NCBI GenBank assembly: GCA_964016885.1
Contig: OZ024743.1
Location: 309,566,001 to 309,630,000 of the forward strand
Source: Eledone cirrhosa
Lineage: Eukaryota
Direction: 5' to 3'
Length of the DNA: 64,000 bases
This document shows, piece by piece, positions 1-12,272 of this stretch (position 1 is its first letter; each line of letters starts with the position of its first letter). The notes below the pieces were generated by a model, which saw nothing but the letters and a program-made list of their open reading frames with translations, ran no database searches and was not told the DNA's origin. Made by a program: the position numbers and the translations under genes.

Positions 1-258
1 GTTTGTGGAGATAGACCGTTTTTTCCGAGGTAAATGGGTGAATTTGCAGCCACTATCCGTACATATTCTATAGCGTAGAGAGTAGCGGAAAATGATGGGG
101 TTTCGAGTGGGCGTGTGTGTGTGTGTTGTGAGAGGTGTAGATTATAGTTTGAGTACGTTTTGACGACCTTTGTGGGCTGTGGGAGGGAGAGTTCTTGTAC
201 TGGTATTAGAAGGTAAATTCCTTGAGATAGCAGTAGGCAAAGATGTAGTAGCAGTAGC

Positions 259-299
<41 letters not shown>

Positions 300-491
300 C
301 AGTAGTAGTAGGAAGAGGAGATGTTGGCAGTGGTGATGATTGGACTGCTGGGGCAGAGAAAGGAAGAGGCGTTTCCTGCTGTGAGACAGTGGCTACTGGG
401 AGGTCAATAGTTTCATTTAGTAGATCGGCCATTGTTGATGAATCAAGCAGTGGTTCACACTGTTGTTGTTGTCGTTGTTGCTGTTGTTGTT

Positions 492-522
<31 letters not shown>

Positions 523-876
523 TTGTTGCTGTTTTTGTTGTAGCTGTTGTTGTTGTTGCCGTTGTTGCTGCTGTTGTTGTTGTTGTTGCTGATGTTGTTG
601 TTGTTGTTGCTGCTGTTGCTGCTGCTGGATAGCGTCCGAAGATAAAACACACCGTAGTTTATCCAAATGTTTATTGATTAATTTAAAAGCAACTTCGATT
701 TGCTTTAATTTATTTCGAATCTGTTGTTCAGATCGGGTTTTCAAAAGGTGAACTGTACGTTTAACAATTTCGTTCAGACATGAAGCATCTATGTCTTCTG
801 TTTGGGTAAGGCAATGCCATGTGTTTATTAGAATGTCGATTTCATTATCAGACCAGTTCTGTTGGATTTTTGCTGG
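1..876 (-). mobile_element. Disrupted ORF with an N-terminal Myb/SANT-like domain, polyQ/polyT linker and a Cys pair; possibly the 5' part of an R2/NeSL-superfamily retrotransposon, running off the window edge
   Basis: The frame of ORF 142..744 extends upstream as QNWSDNEIDILINTW...LLKTRSEQQIRNKLKQI (Myb/SANT-like W-S-x-x-E...R-S-x-x-Q-I-R-x-K pattern). After one TAA (142-144) it stays open to position 1 (IIFRYSLRYRICTDSGCKF). It begins next to a (CA)n/(TG)n tract. Family assignment is inference. Confidence 0.4.
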
Positions 877-895
877 TTAGCCACTCTAGTTTTGA

Positions 896-898
<3 letters not shown>

Positions 899-980
<82 letters not shown>
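899..980. repeat. (TG)n microsatellite
   Basis: Pure TG run. Confidence 0.95.
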
Positions 981-984
<4 letters not shown>

Positions 985-1505
985 AGTTAAGTATTTCAAT
1001 ATATTTGTTTGTTTTTCTTGATATTTGTTTTTCTTGTGTGTGAGAGAGAAGTGTATATATAAATATGAGTATATATATATAAAAATATTCTGGTTATTTG
1101 GTTGTTAGAAATTAATGAAATTAATGAAAAGACGAAAGTATATAATAATTTGTAGTTAAAGGAAAATGTACTCACAAGTTGGTAAACACGTGGTTTCAAA
1201 TACATAAGAATATAGATGTATGTAAATGTAAATGACCGATCAATTTGGTTTGTTTGGTTTTGTTTTGTAGCTGCGTGACTTGCTGCTTACTCGGGGAGAG
1301 AAGTGAAAAGACGTCTTTATACTTCAACACTCGTATAAACATCTCTATATTATATATATATATTATATATATAATATATAATATTATAATATATATATTA
1401 TATATATATATATACATTATATATATATATCATATATATATATATATTATATATATACTATATATATATTATATATATATATTATATATATAATATATAA
1501 TATAA

Positions 1506-1539
<34 letters not shown>

Positions 1540-2060
1540 TATATTTAAATTTATATTTTTTGTTTTACAACCTACCACCTTTCACACCCTTTGATTTCCA
1601 GCTTCTACAGCCCACTATCTTTCACACAGACACGCACTCACACATATACACACACAGTTACACACACATATATACCCATACGCATACACACACACATCTA
1701 TATTTATACACGCACACATGTTTTACAACCTACCACCTTTCACACCCTCTGATTTCCAGCTTCTACAGCCCACTAACTTTCACACACACACACACACTCA
1801 CACATATACACACTTACATATATACACACACAGTTACACACACATATATATTTACACACACATATTTTACGGCTCTCACACGCTAGCGCACCCTCTTGAT
1901 TTAACCCATTTGGTCAGTAGCTTTTGCCACAGCCTATCACGCGCACGCGCATTCTTTCCCTCATTTAAATTTTAAAAAATGTTCTCCCCATAACGGCATT
2001 CCTGTTTTAACGACATCACAACTTTCTCCGGCTTAGCCTGTTCCCCCCCTTTTGGAACCT

Positions 2061-2096
2061 TCCCCCGTTGATGGGCGTGAGCCCGAAATATTGGGA
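2061..2096 (+). ncRNA. Variant minimal hammerhead ribozyme in the PLE 5' pLTR (second copy at 5342-5377)
   Basis: tccc-CCGTTGA-t-gggc-GTGA-gccc-GAAA-ta-TT-ggga; stems I and II pair, but the core differs from CUGANGA at two positions. Confidence 0.5.
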
Positions 2097-2265
2097 TTAA
2101 ATCTCCACTACGGTAACCCTTCTACCTTTGTTTTGTTTTCATCTTTGTCTCTCTCAATTTTCACTTTCTCCTATTTATTTCTCCTATCTATCATTCACTT
2201 CCTACCTCGAGATTTCCCCCTGCATTGTTGTGGCTTTCTAAACTACGCATTTTACACATTTCACA

Positions 2266-4893
2266 ATGCTTCAAGCAAACTTTAACACCCTCTTATCATT
2301 ACACCTGAGCCAGGACTTGTTTGCACCCATAAGGGACCTATTCAGACTATCGGAGAATCGTACCAAACTCGGTTGCCAAATTACCTTCTTAAAACGCTGC
2401 CTAAAGAACAACATCATTCCAACCACCATCAGGAATATACATCTACCCGAATGTTTACGATCACCATCCTCCGAAAACACCATCCACCACATTCAACGCA
2501 CGTTTATCAAGAAAATACTACGACACAACCACCACCAACTGCGACTCCATATACAAACGCTTTCCGAGCACATAGATCGTATAGCTCCAACCCTCACCCC
2601 TGACCACCAGGTCCAGGAAATACGCAAAGCTATCGATCAGTGTTACCACACCAGAGTCAAATATGATAAACAGCGCCTTATACGTAAATACGAATGGACT
2701 GTAAACAAATACTACAATGACAACATCCGCTCCCACAGACGGACCGACTACAACCACACCAGGGGCAACAGCTATACAACACCCTCCGCTACACACCCCA
2801 ACATCGATCTACCTACCAACGATGCTTCACACCTCGTTACCGACCTAACCGGTACCCTCACCAACGACGAACTCCAACTTCTGCGCCTCGGACCCAAGTT
2901 CATCATTACACAGCGTCTCGATGATAGACATCGAAACCAACTTCTGTCGGACAGCATATCAACTGAAATGGCTAACCGCCATCCAAAACAACACCTAGAT
3001 CGATTACAACCCCACAACCCACCCCACACTCACCACGTACCACCTCGACAACCCACTCCACCCCCCACCCACCAACCATGAACTTGATACTAAACTACTC
3101 AGGTTGAAACATTCTATCTCTAACATCCTTTCCCAACACACACACACACACAATAAACGCAACCTCACCAATGCACAATTTAATACTCTCACCAACCTAA
3201 GATCCAGGAACCTTGTGTACCTTCCCTATAACAAGGGGAAAGAATTCTGTGTCATCTCGAGAGAGACCTACAACAACTTAGCTCTCCAACATCTTAATGA
3301 CGACAGCCTCTACTCGAAAGTCACAGGGACCTCCTCGACTCTAATCGAGGAAGGCATTAACACCATATGGACTAACATCTGTGTCCAACGAAAACTGCCA
3401 AAGAAGGTAAAATCAACATAATGACTCGAAACAGCAAACTACCCACCTTCTACCACCTGGTTAAAACACATAAACAAGGACCCGATTTGAAAATCAGGCC
3501 CATTGTCTCTAGCGTGGAGGGCCCACTCTACAAAATATCGTGGCTGCTCTCCACACTACTGAAACCCATTCTACACACACTACCAGCCCACGTCTGCAGC
3601 TCAAAGGAGGTCTTGGAGCGACTACACCATCTGGCGCCCAACACCAGAAAGGACAACGGTTATGCCTTCAGTCTTGATGTGGTCGCCCTTTATACCTCCG
3701 TACCAGCATCCCCAGCCGTCGACCTGTTGACCGAACGAGTCCGAGCATCTAACTTACACTGCTTCGGACTCACACACACGGACATCCACCAACTCCTCTC
3801 CTTCGTTGTGGATAATGCACTCTTCAATTTCCTCGGCCACACGTACAAACAAATCTCTGGGCTACCTATGGGCTCTAGTCTGTCCGGCATACTTGCGATC
3901 TCGTACATGGACCACCTGGAACGCAAGGCACTCAATACCTGCCAACCCAACGCCGTCGCCTTCTACTCCAGATACGTTGATGACATCCTGATACTTACTT
4001 CTTCCCGGGAGATGGCGAATGAAATTCACAAAATCTTCAACGATACTGACCATCACGTCGATTTCACCATCGAACACCCAGGAGAAGACGGGTCACTCGC
4101 CCTCCTCGACTTCCGTATCAACATCTCGGAAGAAGGAGACATAAACACCACCTTCTACCGCAAAGCAGCGTGCAAGGACTTATTTGTGCATTACAACTCA
4201 GCCCTCCCCAACAACGCTAAGAGAGGCTATGTCCTAAATGAACTGACACGGATCACTAACAGATGCAGCGACCCGATGGGTGGTCTCACCCATACCACGC
4301 AATTCCGTAATCTACTCAAGTCTAATGGATATCCCAAGCGACTGATTAACGGAATTAGAGACCCCAGACCCAATAGACAGACACCCACTAGAAACTTAAA
4401 TAAAAGCAGGTGCTTCTTTAAAATCCCCCACCTGAGTGAATATACCACGAACGCCATCCGCAGGGCCATACGGACGGAGGGACTAGACATACATTTGGCC
4501 CACACAGGACCTTCTCTGCGAAGATGCCTCTCCAACAAACCCGACGAGTCAGATGGGACGTGTTCCCTCAGCAACTGCCCGATACGGGGGGCAGATTGCC
4601 TACGCACCTATGTCATATTTAAGATTCAATGCGATAAATGTAACAAGTTTTACATAGGTAGCACCATCCGACCCCTACATGTTCGTATCAAGGAACATAT
4701 CAACACCAACGCATCTTCCTTCCGTAAACACATCCTTAACTGCGGAAACCCACAGGGTAGACCCTTGGTCACAGTCCTAGCGACTGAACGCAGCATCGGA
4801 TCCTTAAGGATAAAGGAAGCACATGTTATTAAGACCCTCAGACCCCCACTTAACAACCGGGCTGAGAGAAATGAGCTGACATGGCTAACTTAA
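2266..4893 (+). pseudogene. PLE polyprotein (reverse transcriptase + GIY-YIG endonuclease), broken into three ORFs
   Basis: ORFs 2266-3081, 3104-3421 and 3421-4893 carry LLRLGPKF, YNKGKEFCVI, FYHLVKTHK..IRPIVS, FSLDVVALYTSVP, GLPMGSSLS, YSRYVDDIL, a Cys-rich linker CSLSNCPIRGADC, and YVIFKIQC..C..FYIGSTIRPLHVRIKEH. Confidence 0.9.
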
Positions 4894-5627
4894 CCATAGT
4901 GACCATTCACAGCCCTTACGGCCTGCTATTTTCACACACACGCACGTATATGCATACCCATACGCATACACACACACATCTATATTTATACACGCACACA
5001 TGTTTTTACAACCTACCACCTTTCACACCCTTTGATTTCCAGCTTCTACAGCCCACTATTTTTCACACACACACGCACTCACACATATACACACTTACAC
5101 ATATACACACACAGTTACACACACATATATACTTACACACACATATTTTACGGCTCTCATACGTTAGCGCACCCTCTTGATTTAACCCATTTGGTCAGTA
5201 GCTTTTGCCACAGCCTATCACGCGCACGCGCATTCTTTCCCTCATTTAAATTTTAAAAAATGTTCTCCCCATAACGGCATTCCTGTTTTAACGACATCAC
5301 AACTTTCTCCGGCTTAGCCTGTTCCCCCCCTTTTGGAACCTTCCCCCGTTGATGGGCGTGAGCCCGAAATATTGGGATTAAATCTCCACTACGGTAACCC
5401 TTCTACCTTTGTTTTGTTTTCATCTTTGTCTCTCTCAATTTTCACTTTCTCCTATTTCTCCTATCTATCATTCACTTCCTACCTCGAGATTTCCCTCTGC
5501 ATTGTTGTGCCTTTCTAAACTACGTATTTATATTTTTATACATATATATACATTATATATATATATATGTATATATTATACATATATATACATTATATAT
5601 ATATATATTATATATATATATTATATA

Positions 5628-5662
<35 letters not shown>

Positions 5663-5665
<3 letters not shown>

Positions 5666-6290
5666 TGGCTGCCAACTCGTTTTCGAGTACGGCCACTACT
5701 TTATATCCATGTAGGAGAACCCCTACCGATGCGCTGAACAAGTGTGACTTTTTAGTCCAGCCAGCGACTTGAAAACTCTGGTAGAAACACTACACCTGTG
5801 ACAATTATTGACACATAGTGCTGGGCCCATGGTACCATGTGACGACAAGTGCAGAGAGATCTCCAGATATAAAGCAATGCCTGTGCCGTGAAGCTTTTAT
5901 AGTGAGCAAAGGCACTGCACAAAGCCAGTCCCACTCTCTTAACCAATATGATATTTACCAAAAAGAAGAACAAGTCAACATCATTGGATACCATCAGGGT
6001 TGCAGGTGTTATATCAGAGTATTCCTTCTCCGAGAATTCTGCCTTGACAAAGGCTAAGGGGTCATCTCTCCCAGTGATTTTGGATGGCCATTGACTCTTA
6101 AGAGCTCCTTTGCCCTTTGACAGGTTTTGTTTTTAGTCCTGCAGGATGTTCAAAGTCACCCTCCTCATCAAGAAACCTTGGTGGGGTTGCCAGTTTAGTC
6201 GCCAACGACCCGACCATGGGACAGGTTGTACTGGGATACATGTTACCAGTAGCACCAACTGGTGACCTGACACTTAGTAGCACCAACTGG
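5663..6290 (-). mobile_element. Degenerate 5'-truncated RTE LINE 3' end, related to the element at 30205-34605
   Basis: Minus strand encodes RVFKSLAGLKSHTCSAH (compare RHFRSLAGLKSHIRSQH). It ends in the same motif TGGCC-TACTCG-n4-CGAG-n-GGCAGCCA followed by (AT)n. Confidence 0.65.
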
Positions 6291-6637
6291 TGACCTGAAT
6301 TTTAATAAGCTTGAAACTAGTACAGCGTTCCTTTGTCAGTGTTGAACAAACGAGCAACGATGGTTGCTAGACACTACGGCTTAATACGGTTTACAAACTC
6401 ACCGAGCATTATAATAAATGTTCGCTGAATCCATACGTACATATATATATATATGTGTGCATGTATCTATATATATATATATATACATACTACTGTACGT
6501 CTGTATACATATATGTATGTACGTATACATACTTATAACATATATATATCAAGTAACACCAACAAATGTATACAATAAATATTGCTTGTATAGGTAAACA
6601 AAGTCTCTATATACCTTTTACTATTTTACCCGTTCCA

Positions 6638-6793
6638 GCTATTCTGCTGAGGCCATGCTAGGGCCCCGCCCTTGGAGGAAAAGCCATCTCGCGAGACGGA
6701 TATGAACCATCGACCTAAGGATGGTTCGTTATCGTCTTGCGAGTTGGCTCCTCTTCCAAGGGCTGTGCCCCAGCATGGCCTCAGTCGAATGGC
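6638..6793. repeat. ~155-nt GC-rich fold-back (long imperfect hairpin)
   Basis: ctgaggccatgct...ttggagga..agcca.ctcgcgagacg..tgaaccatc pairs with gatggttc..cgtcttgcgag.tggct..tcttccaa...agcatggcctcag. Confidence 0.85.
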
Positions 6794-7145
6794 CTTTGGT
6801 AACAATCACGTGACACTCATCGAGATCTCGTGTCCCCGTGATTTCCGTATGAACCGTGATTTTCTGTAGACCTATTACAATAAACCAGGTAAGTTAAGAT
6901 ATCCTCGTAAGTCTCACATTTAATATTACTGCAATATTTTACTAATGAATTAAATGTTTGCTTTTTATCCACGCTGTATATATACACAGACACATATTCA
7001 TACACACATACATACATACATAAGTACACGTACATATGCACTATCTCTTTTGTTTCCATTCTCGCAGTTTTTCCACGCGCCCTTTTTAGGGGTATCACGT
7101 ATGTCGCTACAGGTCCATAAAAGTAATATATGCAATATATATATA

Positions 7146-7244
<99 letters not shown>

Positions 7245-7532
7245 CTTATATAGTAAGTAAGATAACGGAGTAAAGGACTCGCGTATAATCCTGTAATTAA
7301 ATGAGCTCAAAGGAAAGAGTTTTCCTGGGCACTTTAAAATACAATATATAGAGGGGAAAACACAGGAGAGTGTGTTTTCCTTTACATGGATTTCAAACCA
7401 CCAGCGTGAAGAGAATATAAGCCAATAGAGTCATAGGAAAAACATTAAAATTAAAAGTATAAATTAAAATGAGAAACCAACCACAAACAAACCAACTTTT
7501 ATTCCTAACCATCATGGAGGAGAGAGAGAGAG

Positions 7533-7653
<121 letters not shown>

Positions 7654-8617
7654 TAAACGAAAATGTGAACTCTTTTATAAATATGTGAACTATGTTCTCT
7701 CATACACTCTTCTTATTAATATGCACCTTCATTTTACCATACCCTTTTAATCATATTTCCTGTAGCTTGAAGAAGCCTAAACAACTTTTGGCTGAAACCG
7801 GTACGATTAATTGCTATTTTTAAATATATCTTTTGGTGTTATACTATGAGAAAATCCCATTAGCATTTTCTACTGTTTTTCTTCTTTTCCTAATATATAT
7901 ATATAGTACTAGGTCGTTCCTCATCGTCACCCCAACAACAATAACAACAACTACACTAAACACCATGTCCCACATTGTAACTACATTTTCTCACACACAC
8001 AATCTCTTTCTTTCTTTCTCTCTCTCTCTCTCTCTCTGTCGCTGTGTGTGAGTGTGAGTCTCACAGAACCTCACTGTTTATACTAGTGTTGCGTTTTCTC
8101 CGTTTGGATCAACTTCAGTTAAATACAAACACACACACACACACAGACACACATACAAACAGTATTTTTAATAAACATATATACATATATACACACATAT
8201 ATGTAAACATAAATACAAATATTCCTGTATAAAGATATTTACACCTAATTATACACAGCCACTCCTATATATACATATATATGTCTGGAGTTGCGACCGA
8301 CATATAGTATTAGCAATTTGAAAGACCAATGGAATCATTTTTTCCTCAGTCCGATTTGACAAGGTCCACTCCACTCTTTGAGCAAATGAGGTCTTGTATC
8401 TTGTTGATCAAATATCGATATATATGTATATATAATATATAAATGGCTTCTACAGGACTAGAAATATTTCATTCGAAGGAAACAGTTCTTGTCCTGTAGA
8501 AGTCATCATTTCTATATTAAACATTATATACACTACTTTGTATTGAATAATACATTACTTACTGTGGTTACTCCCGATTGAACCTGGGATACACACATTA
8601 TATATATATATAAAAAG

Positions 8618-8805
8618 GGTGGTGAATTGGCAGTATCGGTAGAGAGTTGGACGACATGCTTTCTAGCATAGTTACGTCCCTTTACGGTCTGAGTTAAAAT
8701 CCCGCCGAGGTTAACTTTGCCTTTCATCCTAACGGGGTCGATAAAATAAAGTACCAGTAATGTACTGGTTAAATGCTGGCCTTGTGCCAAAAGTAGAAAC
8801 AATTA
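8618..8805 (+). mobile_element. tRNA-derived SINE (MetaSINE-like central domain)
   Basis: tggcagtatcggtaga head, gagttaaaatccc B-box-like motif, core gccgaggttaactttgcctttcatcc..gggtcgataaaataaagtaccag; many copies in the window. Confidence 0.8.
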
Positions 8806-8965
8806 TTTCCATATTTTATTTTGCATTCTATCTTCTGATGAAGTACTAGACTCCGAAACTTAAAGGTTTTTCCTCCTATCATCAAGCGTTAGACTAATAT
8901 ATTTCTTCATTTTACTGTGTTGTTTACATTGTTGTTAACTAATTTTCAAACACACACAATAATAT

Positions 8966-9051
<86 letters not shown>

Positions 9052-9320
9052 CATGTTACGGATTAGGTTAGAACAAATTTCGCTCAATGGTTCGTACGGC
9101 TAAATCTTCCTCATAAGACTTTACAGGGTGTATTCGGTGTAATTTATCCTGGTAGCACCACTATAAAATTGTACGTGTTGTCGAGGTGTTTGAAGAGTCT
9201 TCTACACATGCACACATACTTACAAACAAGTGCTCTACCGCCCTAGTGGGCGAAATTCCACAGCCACGAAACTATACATTTATCTGTTCGTGTTATGTAA
9301 ATGTGTGCATTTTCTACAGA

Positions 9321-9393
<73 letters not shown>

Positions 9394-9763
9394 AACATAT
9401 GCTAGAATGGGCAATAAAACAATGAAAATTGTGATATATACGTACATAACAATACACAAACACACAGAGAGACGCATAGGTATAAACAAATGTGTGTGTT
9501 TATTGTTAACTAATTGTTGTTTATTGTTAACTAATTTGCTATTTACATAACAACAGAAACACATATATATATTTATGGTTAAATAATCGCCATTTGTTTT
9601 ATTATATCTTCAGCTGACTTACGTATAACAGCTTCATCAATCGACATCTAAATAAATATATATATATGTATGCGTGTGATGTTGACGGGAGTGAGATTGA
9701 GTACTCCATACCGAAGTAGAGATTAATATTCTCGAGTTTCACCTGTGTACTTACAGGGTCATC

Positions 9764-9810
<47 letters not shown>

Positions 9811-9909
9811 AGGGAGTGTAACGCGGAGTTACAGTAGTGAAACGCGCGTCACCAACCAATAAACGCCCTGTGGCCAATAAATGAAATGAGTTAAGGCCCT
9901 TTATAGTGT

Positions 9910-10050
9910 GAGTTCAAATCCCGCCGAGGTTAACTTTGCCTTTCATCCTTACGGGTCGATAAAATAAAGTACCAGTCACGCACTGGGGTCGATTTAATCG
10001 ACTTTCCACTCCCCCAAAATTGCTGGCCTTGTGCCTATATAAGAAATCAT
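9910..10050 (+). mobile_element. SINE copy (5'-truncated)
   Basis: Same core and tail as 8618-8805. Confidence 0.8.
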
Positions 10051-10066
10051 TATATATGTATATATA

Positions 10067-10327
10067 CAATGCCGGATTTAGGACAAATGAGGCCATGTGC
10101 TAGTTCAGTTATGAGCACCCTTACTTGGGCTGTGAAGGAGGTAGGTAGGCTCGGTAGCCCTACACAGGCAGTCAGGAATACACGCCCAGAAAATTTGAAC
10201 GTCTGAGATCTGAAAAACATTTTGAAAAATTCATCATAAAAACTTTTGGTGGGCTGGAAGATGGGTCCTCCTGAAGATGGGGCCCTTTGATTAAGCACGC
10301 CGAAGCAGAGAGTGGTAAATCCGGCAC

Positions 10328-10329
<2 letters not shown>
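10067..10329. mobile_element. MITE with hAT-like terminal inverted repeats
   Basis: caatgccggattta ... taaatccggcacta TIRs, non-coding interior, in TA repeats. Confidence 0.6.
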
Positions 10330-10385
<56 letters not shown>

Positions 10386-10873
10386 CATGAGTGTGTGTAT
10401 GAGTGTGTGTGTGTGTGTGTGAAATATAAATATATAATATATTCTTTCGGTCATTACCCAATTGAAGATAGCGAATTTGGTACATATGAACTTCTACACA
10501 TATTTAAGTTAACATCTCATGCTGTCACATCGGTGCCGGTGGCCGTTGTAATGTTTGCAATAACGGCTGTACTTTGGTGTCACTATTATGTAACAAATCT
10601 GTCTTAACGTTAACTCATACATACAATATATAAAATAAATGTATAATATATATATAACATATACACATACGTAATATATAAATACCAAAGTTATATTTAG
10701 AGACCTTCAACCAAAACTCATGCAGAGTTTATATTATATAATATATATAATAATTGTTTCTACTTTTGGAACAAGGCCAGCAATTATCCAGTGCATTACT
10801 GGTACTTTATTTTATCGACCCAGTAAGGATGAAAATAATAATGCATACAATATATATATAATATATAGTTATA

Positions 10874-11520
10874 CTAGTAGTGGTACTCGGCGTTGCACGG
10901 GATAAGGTATTTTGGAACGCGGGCCCCCAACTGACCTAATCGTGGAAAAACTGCATGCCTGGACAATATGTAAAGAAAATAAACCGAATATTCTGATGGC
11001 TGGATAATCTTTAAGATTTTCCTCGATGAAACAGGAAAAATGCAGGTTTTCACCTAATGCGGGCCCTAGGGGATCAAGAAAATGAATTTTTTTAATGTGC
11101 ATAATATGCCTTGAAATTTCGAGAAAATCGGCTAGACTTAACGCCTCCAGAAAGCCCTAAAAAGCTGAAAAAAATGAGGTTTTTCACCTAATGCGGGCCC
11201 TAGGCCATACAAAAGTTGGATTTTCTTTGCTCACGGTATGAAGAAGAGACTGACTAATAGATAGTTACAATTTCAAGCAAATTGGTCTAACGTAACGCCT
11301 CAAAAAAAACCTAAAAACTTTAAAAACGCAGGTTTTCACCTAATGCAGGTCCTAGGAGATTGAATGTTGTATGTAATACACATGTAACACTCAGAACACT
11401 CCCTAAAACATAAGTATTACATGTGTAAAGTTTGAAAACAGTTGGTTGGGTGCTTTTCAAGTTTTAGGGATTCAAACTCACACACACACAGACAGACATC
11501 CTCAGTTTTATATATATAGA
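10874..11520 (-). mobile_element. Non-autonomous Helitron
   Basis: Minus strand starts A|TCTATATATATAAAA..GTCTGTCTGTGTG and ends with the hairpin cccgtgcaacgccgag then CTAG|T; three internal repeats of ggttttcacctaatgc.gg.cctagg. Confidence 0.75.
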
Positions 11521-11536
11521 TATACATTTATAATAT

Positions 11537-11722
11537 AATTGTTTCTACTTTAGGCACAAGGCCAGCAATTACCCAGTGCATTACTGGTACTTTATTTTAT
11601 CGACCCCGTAAGGATGAAAGGCAAAGTCAACCTCGGCGGGATTTGAACTCAGATCATAAAGGGACGTAACTATGCTGGAAAGCATGGCATCCAACCCTCT
11701 ACCAATACTGCCAATCCACCAC
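11537..11722 (-). mobile_element. SINE copy (a truncated sister copy lies at 10752-10834)
   Basis: Reverse complement of the SINE consensus. Confidence 0.8.
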
Positions 11723-12097
11723 ATTTATAATATAATATATATATATTATGGTACGTGAAATTGTGTAGAGATGCCTGTTTCTTTGTGTCTGTGGATATCC
11801 GCAAATTACAATCTGATCCTCTGTAAATGAGGCTTCTCATGAGATTCCTCTTAGCAATAAATTTCTAAATGCATTCAGGGAGAATTAATTCTAAATTCTG
11901 TAAATCATTTAAGTGGAAAATTGGCTATTATATGGAATATATTTATTACCATATCATAATAGAATAGAGGCTTTTTCGTTAAGTTAAGTGAGAACATTTC
12001 AATTAATGTGTCCTATAAAGTTTTCCAACCAATGTTCCCTCTAATATTTCCCAACCACTGAGTAGCAGGTTCGATGGATTGAGTATACATATTTTAA

Positions 12098-12272
12098 ATT
12101 CAAAGCTACTGTGAGGAAATATTTCAAAGCGACTGAACGGAAATATTTCAAAGCTACTGAACAGCAATATTTCAAAGCTACTGAGCGTCAACATTTCAAA
12201 GCGAGTGAGCGTCAACATTTCAAAGCGATTGCGCTGCAAAATTTCAAAGCGGCCGAGTGGCCACATTTTGAT
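12098..12272. repeat. 21-bp minisatellite (~7 degenerate units of aa(c/t)atttcaaagc(g/t)actga)
   Basis: atttcaaagc recurs every 21 bp. Confidence 0.8.

Larger units (their letters stand above)
1561..5528 (+). mobile_element. Near-full-length Penelope-like element (EN+ PLE) with direct pseudo-LTRs, inserted in (TA)n
   Basis: RT and GIY-YIG ORF; ~1561-2250 is repeated at ~4925-5528 (with a partial extra tandem copy at the 5' side); TA-rich microsatellite on both sides. Confidence 0.92.

Noticed and set aside
170-652. Poly-V/C/N/T ORFs overlapping the polyQ region
   Set aside because: Alternative frames of (TTG)n/(TAG)n repeats
8618-8710. tRNA gene
   Set aside because: A/B-box-like head belongs to a multi-copy SINE; no cloverleaf
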